Notes: generated by a model not told the origin, from the sequence alone. Counted from the first letter of the whole stretch, positions 27,366 to 37,692 are shown. The stretch is 40,221 nucleotides of DNA, filler included, from an uncultured bacterium (GCA_964644695.1; 4 parts of 4 records of this genome joined end to end with filler, not necessarily neighbours in it); one strand, 5' to 3'. Numbers and translations: made by a program.

Positions 27366-29156
27366 TTAGTGGATATTATTTCTTCCAATAGATAAGAAAT
27401 CATGAATTATCTTTAATATCTGACTATCAATTTCTAATGTATCTAATAATTCCTGATTTTTCTCCAGTTCATATAACTGTGCACGAAGGTCCTCTTGTTT
27501 CTCTTTAGAGAAGGCATTTTTTATAGACTCTTCTAGTTTTATTTCTTTAAGGTTTTCTTTCTTTATGATTCGAGCAAGCGATAATAATAAATATCGATCC
27601 ACATAATCTTTTTGGTCTTTAATAATACCGTCATACCCAAATGAAAAACCAAAGTCTTCACTTAAGTAAAAATTCATCAATTCATTGAATTTAAAATATG
27701 AAAGGTCATAGACTTGGTCATCTTTGGGAAAGAAATCCCATATAAATCGAATATACTCGGGTTTATTATGGCAAACACAAAAAGCCCCAATAATGAAGAT
27801 ATTTCTTCGGAGTGAATTATAGTAATACCATTTACATTTTAATTTATCTTCATCTGATGTTGGATTTTCTTTGTTGCTCAGGCTGTTCTCTAACTGTGCT
27901 TTAGTCCAGATATTACTATATGGTTTTTTTTCACAAATAATATTATCGAGATATATGTGTAATTCTGAAAAAATAGAGGATAGTTGTTCTTCAAATATGT
28001 CTTTATGCCCACCTTGTACCAAAATATAAAAGGTCAATAAAAAATACTTATTGTAAGTAGGTATATATTGGTATCTGAATGAGCCTTTAAAACACTTAAT
28101 TAATATAATTTGGTTGTACCAGTATCCAACAGTTTTTTTGATTATTCGGAGTGAATCTAAATCAGAATTTATTTTTCTTATTGAACTATCAAATATGGTA
28201 CAAATCTTTTTCAATAAACAATCAATAACAATATAATTATTATCTTTTTCTGAATTATCGGAACTAGATAATTCAGCTAAAGTATCAAGCATAAACTTAG
28301 TTACTAAACGAGGAGCAGATTCGTTTTTGCTTTCTATGGCAGCATCCCATATTTCCTCATATACCGCAAAATATGTATCATATAATCTAACTTCCCCCTC
28401 TTTTGTGTACAATTTAAGTGATAATTCATAAAACGGATCAGTAGTACTACTCCTTAAATCCTCATATTCATTTTCGGTTAGTGTTAATTTATTAAAGAAG
28501 CCTTGATTGGTCCTTTTTATTTCGAGAGCTTTTTGTAATAACAGAGAAACCTTCTCCATCAGCTTATGTGTACTCTTTTCTTCCTTAACTTGCAAAGACC
28601 CAATTCGAGCATAAAGTGAAAGGTCGTTTTTTAATCTATCAAAATAGCCAATAGTTGCATTTTTTTTGTCTCCTGCAAGCAGTTTAGATGTATTTTTAAA
28701 CAGATGTTTTAGTGTAACCGTATCAGTATCAGTAATGTAATACTGAACAAGATATATAAAACCAATAAATAAGAATAAGTTAACCGCAAACCAGAAATAT
28801 AAGACAAGAATGACGCCCAGGTTATTCACTGAGGACATTTTAAATGATAAAGAAACTGCAACACAAAGAATATTAGAAAAGAGATTCAGTATATATAAAG
28901 GTTCTTCTGTGAAAAAGCTGGAGATTCTCTGGTTTTGATACCGATCGGCGGTTCGATTAATAACTTCTAATGATATAGGTATTGAGATACCAGCAATAAC
29001 CCCAAGAATTGCGGCGATATCTGAAACAACATTCATGGCTTCATCGTCTACATAATACTCAACATGAAAGCCAATAAAAAACAGGCAAACAAATCCACCG
29101 ACAGTACTTATTACATATTTATATTTATCCCAAAATGTTTTAAGCATAAGAGCCAC
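27366..29156 (-). CDS. AT-rich hypothetical protein with about four N-terminal TM helices
   Basis: 596-aa open frame, strongly AT-rich relative to its flanks, hydrophobic first 140 aa then a helical soluble region. Start could be GTG 29156 or ATG 29147. Confidence 0.7.
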   Translation of the reverse strand: MALMLKTFWDKYKYVISTVGGFVCLFFIGFHVEYYVDDEAMNVVSDIAAILGVIAGISIPISLEVINRTADRYQNQRISSFFTEEPLYILNLFSNILCVAVSLSFKMSSVNNLGVILVLYFWFAVNLFLFIGFIYLVQYYITDTDTVTLKHLFKNTSKLLAGDKKNATIGYFDRLKNDLSLYARIGSLQVKEEKSTHKLMEKVSLLLQKALEIKRTNQGFFNKLTLTENEYEDLRSSTTDPFYELSLKLYTKEGEVRLYDTYFAVYEEIWDAAIESKNESAPRLVTKFMLDTLAELSSSDNSEKDNNYIVIDCLLKKICTIFDSSIRKINSDLDSLRIIKKTVGYWYNQIILIKCFKGSFRYQYIPTYNKYFLLTFYILVQGGHKDIFEEQLSSIFSELHIYLDNIICEKKPYSNIWTKAQLENSLSNKENPTSDEDKLKCKWYYYNSLRRNIFIIGAFCVCHNKPEYIRFIWDFFPKDDQVYDLSYFKFNELMNFYLSEDFGFSFGYDGIIKDQKDYVDRYLLLSLARIIKKENLKEIKLEESIKNAFSKEKQEDLRAQLYELEKNQELLDTLEIDSQILKIIHDFLSIGRNNIH

Positions 29157-29271
29157 ATTTTCACACTATTTAGATAGAAAGTCAAAAGAGATGTAATTTA
29201 AGGTGCTGGGGGTGAAGGCAAGGTATAATAGTTAAATTTGAATGAATTAGAAAGAAGAAGGAACGGGACTA

Positions 29272-30135
29272 ATGAGTGAACAACCCGGGAAAGCCATATT
29301 ATTGATACAGTGCCAGGACCAGCCGGGGCTGGTGGCGCGTATGGGTAATTTCATCTATGAGAATAAAGGGAATATCATCCACCTGGACCAGTATTCGGAT
29401 CCGGATACCAACCGATTCTATATGCGGTTGGAATGGCAATATGATAACTTCCTGATTCGTCAGGAGGAGTTTAAGGCGGTGTTTGCCCCCTTAGCCCGCC
29501 AGTTCGGGATGGAATATCAGTTGTTTTTTAGCGGCCGCCCTCAACGAGTCGCTCTGCTTGTCTCCAAACAAGGTCATTGTTTGATTGATTTACTGTCCCG
29601 CCACAGTGATGGAGACCTTCAATGCGATATCCCGTTGATTATTTCCAATCATCCGGATATGGAGAAATACGCCCGGAGTTTTGGAATTGATTACCATTGC
29701 CTCCCTATTACGAAAGATAATAAGGTGGCCCAGGAACAACGACAATTAGAATTGTTAAAAGAATACGAAATAGATTTGATCGTTCTGGCCCGGTATATGC
29801 AGATATTAACAGACCAGATGATCCAGAGTTATCCCAATCAAATCATTAATATCCACCATTCGTTCCTGCCTGCCTTTATGGGTGGGAAACCTTACCATCA
29901 GGCCAGTGCCCGGGGAGTGAAACTCATCGGAGCCACCAGTCATTATGTAACGGCTGACCTCGACGAGGGCCCTATCATTGAGCAGGGTGTCATAAAAATC
30001 ACTCATCGTGATTCTATTGAAGATATGATTCGCAAGGGTAAGGATAATGAAAAGGTGGTTCTCGCCCGCGCTGTCCGACTTCATCTTCAGCACCGGGTTT
30101 TGGTGTACGGAAATAAAACAGTGGTGTTTGACTAA
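29272..30135 (+). CDS. purU: Formyltetrahydrofolate deformylase
   Basis: ACT domain CQDQPGLVA, LVSKQGHCL.DLL, IISNHPD, LARYMQIL, INIHHSFLPAF.G..PYHQA..RGVKLIGATSHYVTADLDEGPIIEQ, NKTVVFD. Confidence 0.97.
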   Translation: MSEQPGKAILLIQCQDQPGLVARMGNFIYENKGNIIHLDQYSDPDTNRFYMRLEWQYDNFLIRQEEFKAVFAPLARQFGMEYQLFFSGRPQRVALLVSKQGHCLIDLLSRHSDGDLQCDIPLIISNHPDMEKYARSFGIDYHCLPITKDNKVAQEQRQLELLKEYEIDLIVLARYMQILTDQMIQSYPNQIINIHHSFLPAFMGGKPYHQASARGVKLIGATSHYVTADLDEGPIIEQGVIKITHRDSIEDMIRKGKDNEKVVLARAVRLHLQHRVLVYGNKTVVFD

Positions 30136-30141
30136 GTCATC

Positions 30142-30612
30142 ATGACTCCGATTTATCAGCCGCAGGATATTGCGATAATTGGTTATGGGAACCCCAACCG
30201 GAATGATGACCGGGTCGGATGGTATGTGGTTGAAACTCTCCAGCAACAGTTGGGGGATACGGCAGTCCGTCTGGAGACGTGTCACCAACTGGAAGTGGAA
30301 CTGGCGGAAGAATTGACCCGGTATAAGATGGCAGTTTTTGTGGATTGCCACATGAGTCTGGCAGAGGACTGGCGGCGGGTGGTCGAAGTTACCCCCGGTG
30401 GGGATGTGGGGGCAATCTCTCACCATTTTGATCCGGCGGCGTTATTGGGGATGTGCCAGACATTATATGGGGTTACTTTGGAAGGATGGCTTTATACCAT
30501 CAAAGGGGTGGATTTCAATTTTGGGGAAACTCTGTCACCGAAGACCCAGGAAGCTGCTGATTTGACAGTCAACGATATCCTGAGTTTGATTAAAATGCGG
30601 GTTCGTTCCTGA
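30142..30612 (+). CDS. [NiFe]-hydrogenase maturation protease (HybD/HoxW family)
   Basis: IIGYGNPNRNDDRVG, AVFVD, SHHFDP, FNFGETLS. Confidence 0.88.
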   Translation: MTPIYQPQDIAIIGYGNPNRNDDRVGWYVVETLQQQLGDTAVRLETCHQLEVELAEELTRYKMAVFVDCHMSLAEDWRRVVEVTPGGDVGAISHHFDPAALLGMCQTLYGVTLEGWLYTIKGVDFNFGETLSPKTQEAADLTVNDILSLIKMRVRS

Positions 30613-30627
30613 TTCGTATCTGATTCG

Positions 30628-32697
30628 TTACTTTGAGGTGACCGGGGAAAGTAATTTTGTGAAGATGGCCACTTTTTCGACCGACTGGTCATTGGCAAAT
30701 ATCGGAACTAACATGTGTCGCATGTAATAATTCCGGTTAATGTCTTCAAAAGTAACGATTTGTTTTTCGTTTATGACTTTCTGAATGATTTTAACGCGTT
30801 TTTCATAGAGTTCCGGTTCAAGGATATCCCGAAGATGTTTCCCCATCAGTTGTTCGCGTGTGAGACCTAAAAATTCCAGGTAGAAATCGTTACAGTCTAA
30901 GAGGATTTGTTCCGGTGAGAGGAATATGGCTATATAATCCTTTGCCTGTGAGAAATTCATCATATCCTTATGAGTTTCCTGGAACATCTGCCGGGTAATG
31001 ATTTGGTCGGTTATATCTCGTCCCGTACACTGAAGCTCAAGAAAAGTCCCGTCTTTATCAAAGAACGCCAGTGCCGTCCATTCCTGCCATCGGACCTCCC
31101 CTGTACCAGTTTTCACCCGGTGGGTGACCTGAAGCCGTGGTTTCTCCGGAGTCAGAGAGGTAACTCTTTCATGGACCCGCTGGAAATCCTCTTTGAAAAT
31201 GAAACTTTGCAGACAGACTCCCATCAGTGATTCGCGGGGGAGGTTCATCATGCGTTCAAAAGCATTGTTTACGAAGACAATCTCACCTTTGTTATTGGTG
31301 CGGGCAATCATTTCCGCCTGTGTTTCAACGATAGCGCGGTAGTGCTGTTCAGATTTTCTTAAGGCTTCCTCAATGCGCTCCCGTTCCTGAACCTGCATTT
31401 GCAAATCGCGAGTCAGATCCTGGAGCTTTCTCGTTCTTTCTTTAACGAGTTGCTCAAGGTGATTTTGATAGAGGGCCAACTGCCGGTCCGCCTCTTTGCG
31501 TTCGGTGATGTCCAGAAAAGAGAGGTTCAATCCGAGGAGTTGTCCCTCATTATCTTTGACTACGGAAAGGGCGAGCCCAATAGTCAGGATATGTCCGTCT
31601 TTATGACGACAAGCCAGTTCACCAATCCATGTCCCGCAGGACAACACTTCCTGCTGGATTTCGTAAGCCTTGCTCTGGTTTTCAACAAACAAGGAGAAAT
31701 GGTTTCCGATAATTTCTTCAGCGGAGTAACCAAAGAGGACCTGACTGGATTTGTTGCAATAAGTAACAATGCCGTTGGCTGTTGTTAAAAAGACGCCGTT
31801 AATCGACATGCGGAGAGCATGGTCCCGGAATTGGAGGTCCCGGAAAGTTTGTTTGAACTGAGTAATGTCGCGGAACAGAGTAATGGCACCCACGATATCC
31901 CCTTCGGTACTGGTCAGGGGCGTGATGTGAGCTTCTTTCCATCGAGTCAGGCTGGAGAAGGGATAGCCATCTTCCAGATATAAAGGGGTTCCTGTTTCGA
32001 TGACCTGTTGGATTCGTTTTTGCCAGAGTTCAATTTCCTGAGGACCGAAATCTTTAAGGCATTGGCGGAGAGTAAATCCTTTTTGGGGACCACTGGACTC
32101 CGCAAACAAATCGCGGGCGAGAGTGTTGGAATACAGGCAGTTTCCCAGGACGTCCCAGACAGCCAGAGCATCCGGTACGGAGTTTAACAGGGATCTGAAT
32201 TGTTCCTCATAGGCATGGAGATTGGACAGATGATTCTTCTCTGATGTTATATCCCGGAAAAAGGCCAGCAATTCGTGCGGAGTACCCTCTTTATGGCGGG
32301 AGAAGACTGTTCCTTCCAACTGGATCCAATGGAGATTCCCATTCCGGGCGGGGAAGGGGAAATCCATAATGTAAGTTTCTCCTTCTTCCAATTCGGCAGC
32401 CTTCAGATGCCATGCCTGAAGTTTCTCCATATCACCCGATTGAAACATGTTGGGGAATCCTTCATCCCGGAGTTTCTGAAATTCCTCAGAGGTATATCCG
32501 AGCTGTTTGACGGCCAGGGGTTCCAGACCACAGTTGAACTGGTAAGTGTCGTAATCAAATAAGGAGATGCACACTGGGGCAAGCTGATTAAGTCGAGTCA
32601 GCAGCTTTCGTGGTTTAGCCAGCGTAGGAGATAAAAGGGCGTCTCCTTGTGGCATCGAACCGGTCAGTCTATTTTTAAATGAGTCAGCCATTGTCAT
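30628..32697 (-). CDS. Multi-PAS/PAC domain protein with no output domain
   Basis: Repeated PAS/PAC ends FRDIT, FRDIT, FLDITERK, GRDITDQ, plus coiled coil HLEQLVKERT..L. No HisKA, HATPase, GGDEF or REC motifs. Confidence 0.85.
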   Translation of the reverse strand: MTMADSFKNRLTGSMPQGDALLSPTLAKPRKLLTRLNQLAPVCISLFDYDTYQFNCGLEPLAVKQLGYTSEEFQKLRDEGFPNMFQSGDMEKLQAWHLKAAELEEGETYIMDFPFPARNGNLHWIQLEGTVFSRHKEGTPHELLAFFRDITSEKNHLSNLHAYEEQFRSLLNSVPDALAVWDVLGNCLYSNTLARDLFAESSGPQKGFTLRQCLKDFGPQEIELWQKRIQQVIETGTPLYLEDGYPFSSLTRWKEAHITPLTSTEGDIVGAITLFRDITQFKQTFRDLQFRDHALRMSINGVFLTTANGIVTYCNKSSQVLFGYSAEEIIGNHFSLFVENQSKAYEIQQEVLSCGTWIGELACRHKDGHILTIGLALSVVKDNEGQLLGLNLSFLDITERKEADRQLALYQNHLEQLVKERTRKLQDLTRDLQMQVQERERIEEALRKSEQHYRAIVETQAEMIARTNNKGEIVFVNNAFERMMNLPRESLMGVCLQSFIFKEDFQRVHERVTSLTPEKPRLQVTHRVKTGTGEVRWQEWTALAFFDKDGTFLELQCTGRDITDQIITRQMFQETHKDMMNFSQAKDYIAIFLSPEQILLDCNDFYLEFLGLTREQLMGKHLRDILEPELYEKRVKIIQKVINEKQIVTFEDINRNYYMRHMLVPIFANDQSVEKVAIFTKLLSPVTSK

Positions 32698-32768
32698 CTT
32701 TAGTGCCTATTTTACACAAGGGATACTCAATTGCAAGGAGAATTATCCTAGTGAAAATAATCTTCAAA

Positions 32769-35033
32769 TTACCGGGATAGAGCTATCGCCAGCTGTCCGT
32801 AGGCAATACAGCCGTCATTGGGAGGCACTTGCCGTGACCCATAAACCGTGAACCCATTGGATTCCAGTTTATTAACCACCAACTCCGTTAACAGGGCGTT
32901 TTGGAAACATCCTCCAGAAATCACAACAGGATAGTCGCCTCGAAGATTACGGAGATATCGGCTTACCGCCAAAGCAATTTCACCCAGAGTATTGTGGAAT
33001 TTCCGGCTGATATCCTCCACCCTTACTTTGTTCCGGAGGTCTTCAATCAATGCAAGATAAAGTGGCTGTAACGAAATAATTCCATCATCGGTTAATTTAT
33101 AAGAATAGCAAATTTCGGTACGGGAGCGTACTGCCCAGGATTCGAGAGCCATTCCCGAGCGGCCCTCAAAGAATACCTGTTGGGTGTGGGCAATAAGGCC
33201 ATATACGACATCAAAGACTCGTCCCAGACCTGAGGACAGAGGGCAATTGATTTTCCTGGTAAGCATCTGGAGAATAAAATCTTTTTTGGTTTCGGGGATA
33301 AGGTTGGATCTGTCCCAGTGGGCTTGTTCCGGATTCCCTTCGGTGGCTTGCCAGAGGGCGGACAATGCCAACCGCCAAGGTTCTTTGGTCGCCACATCTC
33401 CGCCGGGGAGTGGCATATATTCAAAATGAGCCAGGCGTTCAAAACCTGATAAATCCGCCACCAATCCTTCCCCCCCCCAGATGTGATTATCTGTTCCAAA
33501 ACCAGTACCATCCCAACACAACGCCAGTACGGGGCCGGATAATCCGTATTCGGCCATAACGGCGGCAGCGTGGGCATGGTGATGCTGAACAGGTTCGAGT
33601 ATGGGGAGGCCGAGCTGCTGAGCAATCCGGGTGGACTGGTAATCGGGATGAAGGTCATGAACGACGGCGGTGGGTTCCAGTTCCAGGAGATGCTGCCATC
33701 GGGTTAATTCATATTGATAGTTTTGTACGGTGGCATAATTTTCCAAGTCACCCAGATGAGGACTCAAATAGGCGGTGTTATTCCGGTTCAGTCCAAAGGT
33801 AGATTTCAGCTCGCCGCCCGCAGCAAGGATACAATTACCTCCCGTGGGGAGCGGTAATGGAAGAGGAACAAATCCTCTAGCTCTCCGAATCATCACTGGA
33901 CCGCCGGCCATAAACTTCAGAATCGAATCATCACATTTATGGGCGATGGGCCGGTCATGGACCAAAGCGCCATCAATCAGATTCAGCAATGATTCTGTGA
34001 CTTCCTGTTCCGTGGAGACCAGGGGTTCTTCTGATAAATTGGCAGAAGTCATCACCAGTACCGGGAAGGATTTCATCAGCAACTGATGCAGAGGCGTATA
34101 GGGCAGCATGACTCCCAGCCGATCATTTTCGATGACCAGGGAGGGAGCTAAATCGGTATTGGACAGAGTTTGTTTTACTAACACTATGGGTGCCTGTGGA
34201 GATGACAGCCAGGCGGCTTCACTGTCGGATATCACTGCATACTGCTTTAATGTCTCAATGTCACGGACCATGACCGCCAGTGGTTTATCTGGCCGTTGTT
34301 TTCGTTTTCGAAGGAGAGAGACTGCGGATTCGTTCCGTGCATCTACCACCAGATGATAGCCGCCCAATCCTTTGATTGCCATGACCTGTCCGGCCTTTAA
34401 CCGGTCCACAGTCGCAGCGATGACATTGTCCACATCAACGGGGGTTGCAGTGGAATCCCACAGAGCCAGATGGGGGCCGCAATTGGGACAGGAGACAGGC
34501 TGAGCATGGAATCTACGGTTTCCGGGGTCCTCATATTCGGATTTACAATCGGGACACAGGGGGAATATTTTCATTGTGGTCAAGGGTCGGTCGTAGGGCA
34601 AATCTTCCACAATGGTATAGCGTGGGCCGCAGTGAGTGCAATTGATGAAGGGGTACAGATATCTCCGGTCGGAAGGGTCATTCATTTCTTTCTGACATTC
34701 AGGACAGATGGAGGTGTCGGGGGGTATCTCTGTAACAGAGGGGCCTTCAGACTGGCTCTCCGTGATGACAAATCCGGACTCTTTCTTAACCGGAATTTCA
34801 GTTTGAGTGAAGGTGTTTATTCTGGCAAGGGGCGGTGGGGCGAATCGGAGCTGGTCCATAAACCGAGTGAGTGCGGCATCACTCCCCTGTATTTCCAAAG
34901 TGACGCCAGAGGTGTTGTTGTTGACCCATCCGGTTAATTCGTTGTCGCAGGCATAACGGTATACAGCAGGACGGAATCCCACTCCTTGCACGATGCCGGT
35001 TATGTTAATTAGTAATCGCCGCATGTCTGTCAT
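32769..35033 (-). CDS. hypF: Carbamoyltransferase HypF
   Basis: GIVQGVGFRP acylphosphatase domain, zinc fingers CPEC/CTHC/CPDC/CPNC, KGLGGYHL, TSANLS, HDLHPDY, QHHHAH, PPNDG.IAYGQ. Confidence 0.97.
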   Translation of the reverse strand: MTDMRRLLINITGIVQGVGFRPAVYRYACDNELTGWVNNNTSGVTLEIQGSDAALTRFMDQLRFAPPPLARINTFTQTEIPVKKESGFVITESQSEGPSVTEIPPDTSICPECQKEMNDPSDRRYLYPFINCTHCGPRYTIVEDLPYDRPLTTMKIFPLCPDCKSEYEDPGNRRFHAQPVSCPNCGPHLALWDSTATPVDVDNVIAATVDRLKAGQVMAIKGLGGYHLVVDARNESAVSLLRKRKQRPDKPLAVMVRDIETLKQYAVISDSEAAWLSSPQAPIVLVKQTLSNTDLAPSLVIENDRLGVMLPYTPLHQLLMKSFPVLVMTSANLSEEPLVSTEQEVTESLLNLIDGALVHDRPIAHKCDDSILKFMAGGPVMIRRARGFVPLPLPLPTGGNCILAAGGELKSTFGLNRNNTAYLSPHLGDLENYATVQNYQYELTRWQHLLELEPTAVVHDLHPDYQSTRIAQQLGLPILEPVQHHHAHAAAVMAEYGLSGPVLALCWDGTGFGTDNHIWGGEGLVADLSGFERLAHFEYMPLPGGDVATKEPWRLALSALWQATEGNPEQAHWDRSNLIPETKKDFILQMLTRKINCPLSSGLGRVFDVVYGLIAHTQQVFFEGRSGMALESWAVRSRTEICYSYKLTDDGIISLQPLYLALIEDLRNKVRVEDISRKFHNTLGEIALAVSRYLRNLRGDYPVVISGGCFQNALLTELVVNKLESNGFTVYGSRQVPPNDGCIAYGQLAIALSR

Positions 35034-35194
35034 TATCTCACACTAGAACCTGATGCCAGAGGCCCACCTCGGGAACATTTCACATCCTGAAACAGTCTTA
35101 CTTTATACAGGCCTCGTAATAATTAGTCAGTACTGACCCAAATATCTCACTGCAGTACAGAATCTACTTCTGTCTTGAGTGAAAGGAGTTACAA

Positions 35195-35566
35195 ATGAAT
35201 CGCAAAGGTTTGATGTTTTGGGTGGTAGTTATGTTGTTTGGTATTTCCCTTGGCATGGTATATATAACTACCCCGGAGGCCCGCATACAAAATAACAATG
35301 ATGACCCTTTATCCGGGTTGAAATCTCGTTTGTTCGCCTCTGCTGTGGCTGCCCAACCTGTAATAAACGGAGATGCACAGGTGGCGCAACCCACACCCAC
35401 CAACAGGGTGAGTCTTTTTAGTCAATTCGATCTTAATCATGATCAGCAGCTTTCACCTGAAGAATTGAGAGATGCTTCCACATTTCAAAAGATGGATAAA
35501 GATGGAAATGGACTTATTACGCGGGATGAACTGCGTCCTGAGACTCCACCGCATCCCAGGATATGA
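35195..35566 (+). CDS. Exported or membrane-anchored EF-hand protein
   Basis: N-terminal hydrophobic helix, two EF loops DLNHDQQLSPEE and DKDGNGLITRDE, AAGGAG RBS. Confidence 0.8.
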   Translation: MNRKGLMFWVVVMLFGISLGMVYITTPEARIQNNNDDPLSGLKSRLFASAVAAQPVINGDAQVAQPTPTNRVSLFSQFDLNHDQQLSPEELRDASTFQKMDKDGNGLITRDELRPETPPHPRI

Positions 35567-35576
35567 TCACAATAAA

Positions 35577-35676
35577 NNNNNNNNNNNNNNNNNNNNNNNN
35601 NNNNNNNNNNNNNNNNNNNNTTAATTAATTAANNNNNNNNNNNNNNNNNNNNNNNNNNNNNNNNNNNNNNNNNNNN
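35577..35676. other. Assembly gap/linker
   Basis: N44-TTAATTAATTAA-N44. Confidence 0.97.
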
Positions 35677-36929
35677 AGTTTCCACAGGAATAAAAACCCG
35701 ACCATTCCGATGGCTAAAAAGGTTATTCCCAAAAATTGGATAACCATCTCCAGAACACTGCCCACATTCAATGAAAAGAACATATCAAGCAGTGAAAAGG
35801 GCCGGTTGAAAACCATGTATCCATAAGAAGCACCTAATAAGACTCCACCAATAATGATTCCCAAAATACTTCGGATGGTATCCCGAAACAAAACTGACCA
35901 GAAGGAGGCAAAACAATACACTAAAGTGACACCTCCGACTACAGCGAAGACCAATGCTGATATTTCCGCACAACTACTCACATCGATATTAACGGATAAG
36001 AACCTCACTACCAGGAACGCATAACAAAACAACAAATACAGGGCAGGGAATACCCCAACCATAAACTTGCTCCAGAATATCTGGTTCAGGGAGAGGGGTT
36101 TACTGATGAGATAATCCATTGTTTTATGGTCATCCTCACCCGCCATCATCTTCGCTCCGTTATACAGCAGAATGAGAAGAGGGAACGCAAAACCAATAGT
36201 TTCGATATCATAAACCATCTTATATTTAATAAGGAGAATAAACTCCAAAACTACGCACAGTACAAGTATCCCCCGCTGTTCCAGCCACTCTTTATATATA
36301 AGACTCCTGACATTCACCGACAGTAAGTCCATAAAAAACTTAACGAGTCCCAAACCAATCAAGCTGGCGATTGCCCATAAATAGGAAATCCTGATAAATG
36401 ACAACGACGGATTAAAAAAATACCAAGCAAGCCCAAACATCAGCACAATTAATCCAACAGGAACTCCCCAGTCCATCCATGGTTTCGGGTTATTGGGGCG
36501 CCACCGGGCCAAGCCAGACAAACCTACCAGTATTGCCAGCAACACTGGATAAACAGATATAAGTAAAAAAGAAACTGTCCCGTTTGAACCTATAAAAGGA
36601 TTTTGAAAATAACGGGCAGAAACATTTATCAGAACTGCACCAATGAGAGTTATCAATACGAGTTCCCCTAATAGATACCAGGACCGTTTCTGGATGATTT
36701 TCGGACTACCACCCCGATGAATCCAGCCTCCAGAGAAAATCGTCAGCGCCACAATAAAAAATCCGGTCAACAACATCCAGACTTCCATATAACCAGTGAC
36801 AATGGGCACCACAAACGAAACCAGCAATAATACCATCAGGCTAATATTCATTTTTGAATAACAGTCGCAGGTCCCTTTGGCTTTATACGAGGCACAGATG
36901 CATTCGTTTTTACAAGACAGGTTTGTCAT
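35677..36929 (-). CDS. ABC-2-type permease-like membrane protein (3' truncated by gap)
   Basis: LIYKEWLEQR and GEDDHKTMDYLISKPLS..QIFWSKF permease motifs. Colinear with the N-half of 37693..40161. Confidence 0.7.
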
Positions 36930-36975
36930 AACATATTCCTCTCAAGGTCTGTATTCAGTACTTCCATTCACCGGG

Positions 36976-37665
36976 CTATCGGTTGGCATCTTGTTTCACA
37001 AAGAGTTGGACCAGGATCCCACCCAAAACTAAAACCAGAACGATGACCGCGATACTCCAAGCCCAGGTAAGGGGGAAAGTGTATCGATGGATATCCCATC
37101 GGTCATAAAGGATTCCCCATACATTGATCAATCCAAGAAACAACACTTGCGCTGTAAAATGGGCACCCAGAGCATGACTGACCTGGGATGTCACCAGAGC
37201 CGCCATGGAATACGACAGTATAATGATCCCCAATTGATAGACCATATCAAGAGGAAGATTAATAAATGATTGAGGATCGGTATAAACGACAACTTCATAC
37301 GGAGTCAACAACCGTACTATCAGGTAAAATCCCAGAGTGGACCCCAACCCAACCAATATCTTGGCAAACAGGATCTCCTTCCGAGTCACAGGCCGGGTCA
37401 TCAGGTAGGACAATGTCCGCTGTGCTTTTTCCGTTCCCAGCTGCCACACACCCAGAATGACTCCAAACTCGGCCACCAGAAATAACATCATCCAATAAAC
37501 CAAATTCTTACCCTCAAGTATCATCTCCAAAGAACCTCCCGACTCTCGTGTAAGTTTGGGAATGAATAACATCAGTCCCCACAAAATCAGAAGGGTTACC
37601 AACATACTCAGGATGTTGTATCTCTGTTCCATCCATTCTTTTTTGATCAGGATTTTATTCCACAT
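36976..37665 (-). CDS. ABC-2-type transporter permease
   Basis: LIKKEWMEQR, TEKAQRTLSYLMTRPVTRKEILFAK, about six TMs. Confidence 0.8.
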   Translation of the reverse strand: MWNKILIKKEWMEQRYNILSMLVTLLILWGLMLFIPKLTRESGGSLEMILEGKNLVYWMMLFLVAEFGVILGVWQLGTEKAQRTLSYLMTRPVTRKEILFAKILVGLGSTLGFYLIVRLLTPYEVVVYTDPQSFINLPLDMVYQLGIIILSYSMAALVTSQVSHALGAHFTAQVLFLGLINVWGILYDRWDIHRYTFPLTWAWSIAVIVLVLVLGGILVQLFVKQDANR

Positions 37666-37692
37666 TGTATTTAACCTGTCCTTTCTATCTAC

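Noticed and set aside
26784-29156. tRNA-anchored genomic island
   Set aside because: The AT-rich gene lies on the 5' side of the tRNA, and no duplicated tRNA 3' end or integrase was found.
24602-35033. Single nickel-metabolism island joining larBC with hyp genes
   Set aside because: The gap at 26178 separates them, with truncated genes on both sides and no overlap, so adjacency is unproven.
15484-35676. Three copies of TTAATTAATTAA flanked by N runs
   Set aside because: Artificial contig linkers with stops in all six frames, not biological repeats.
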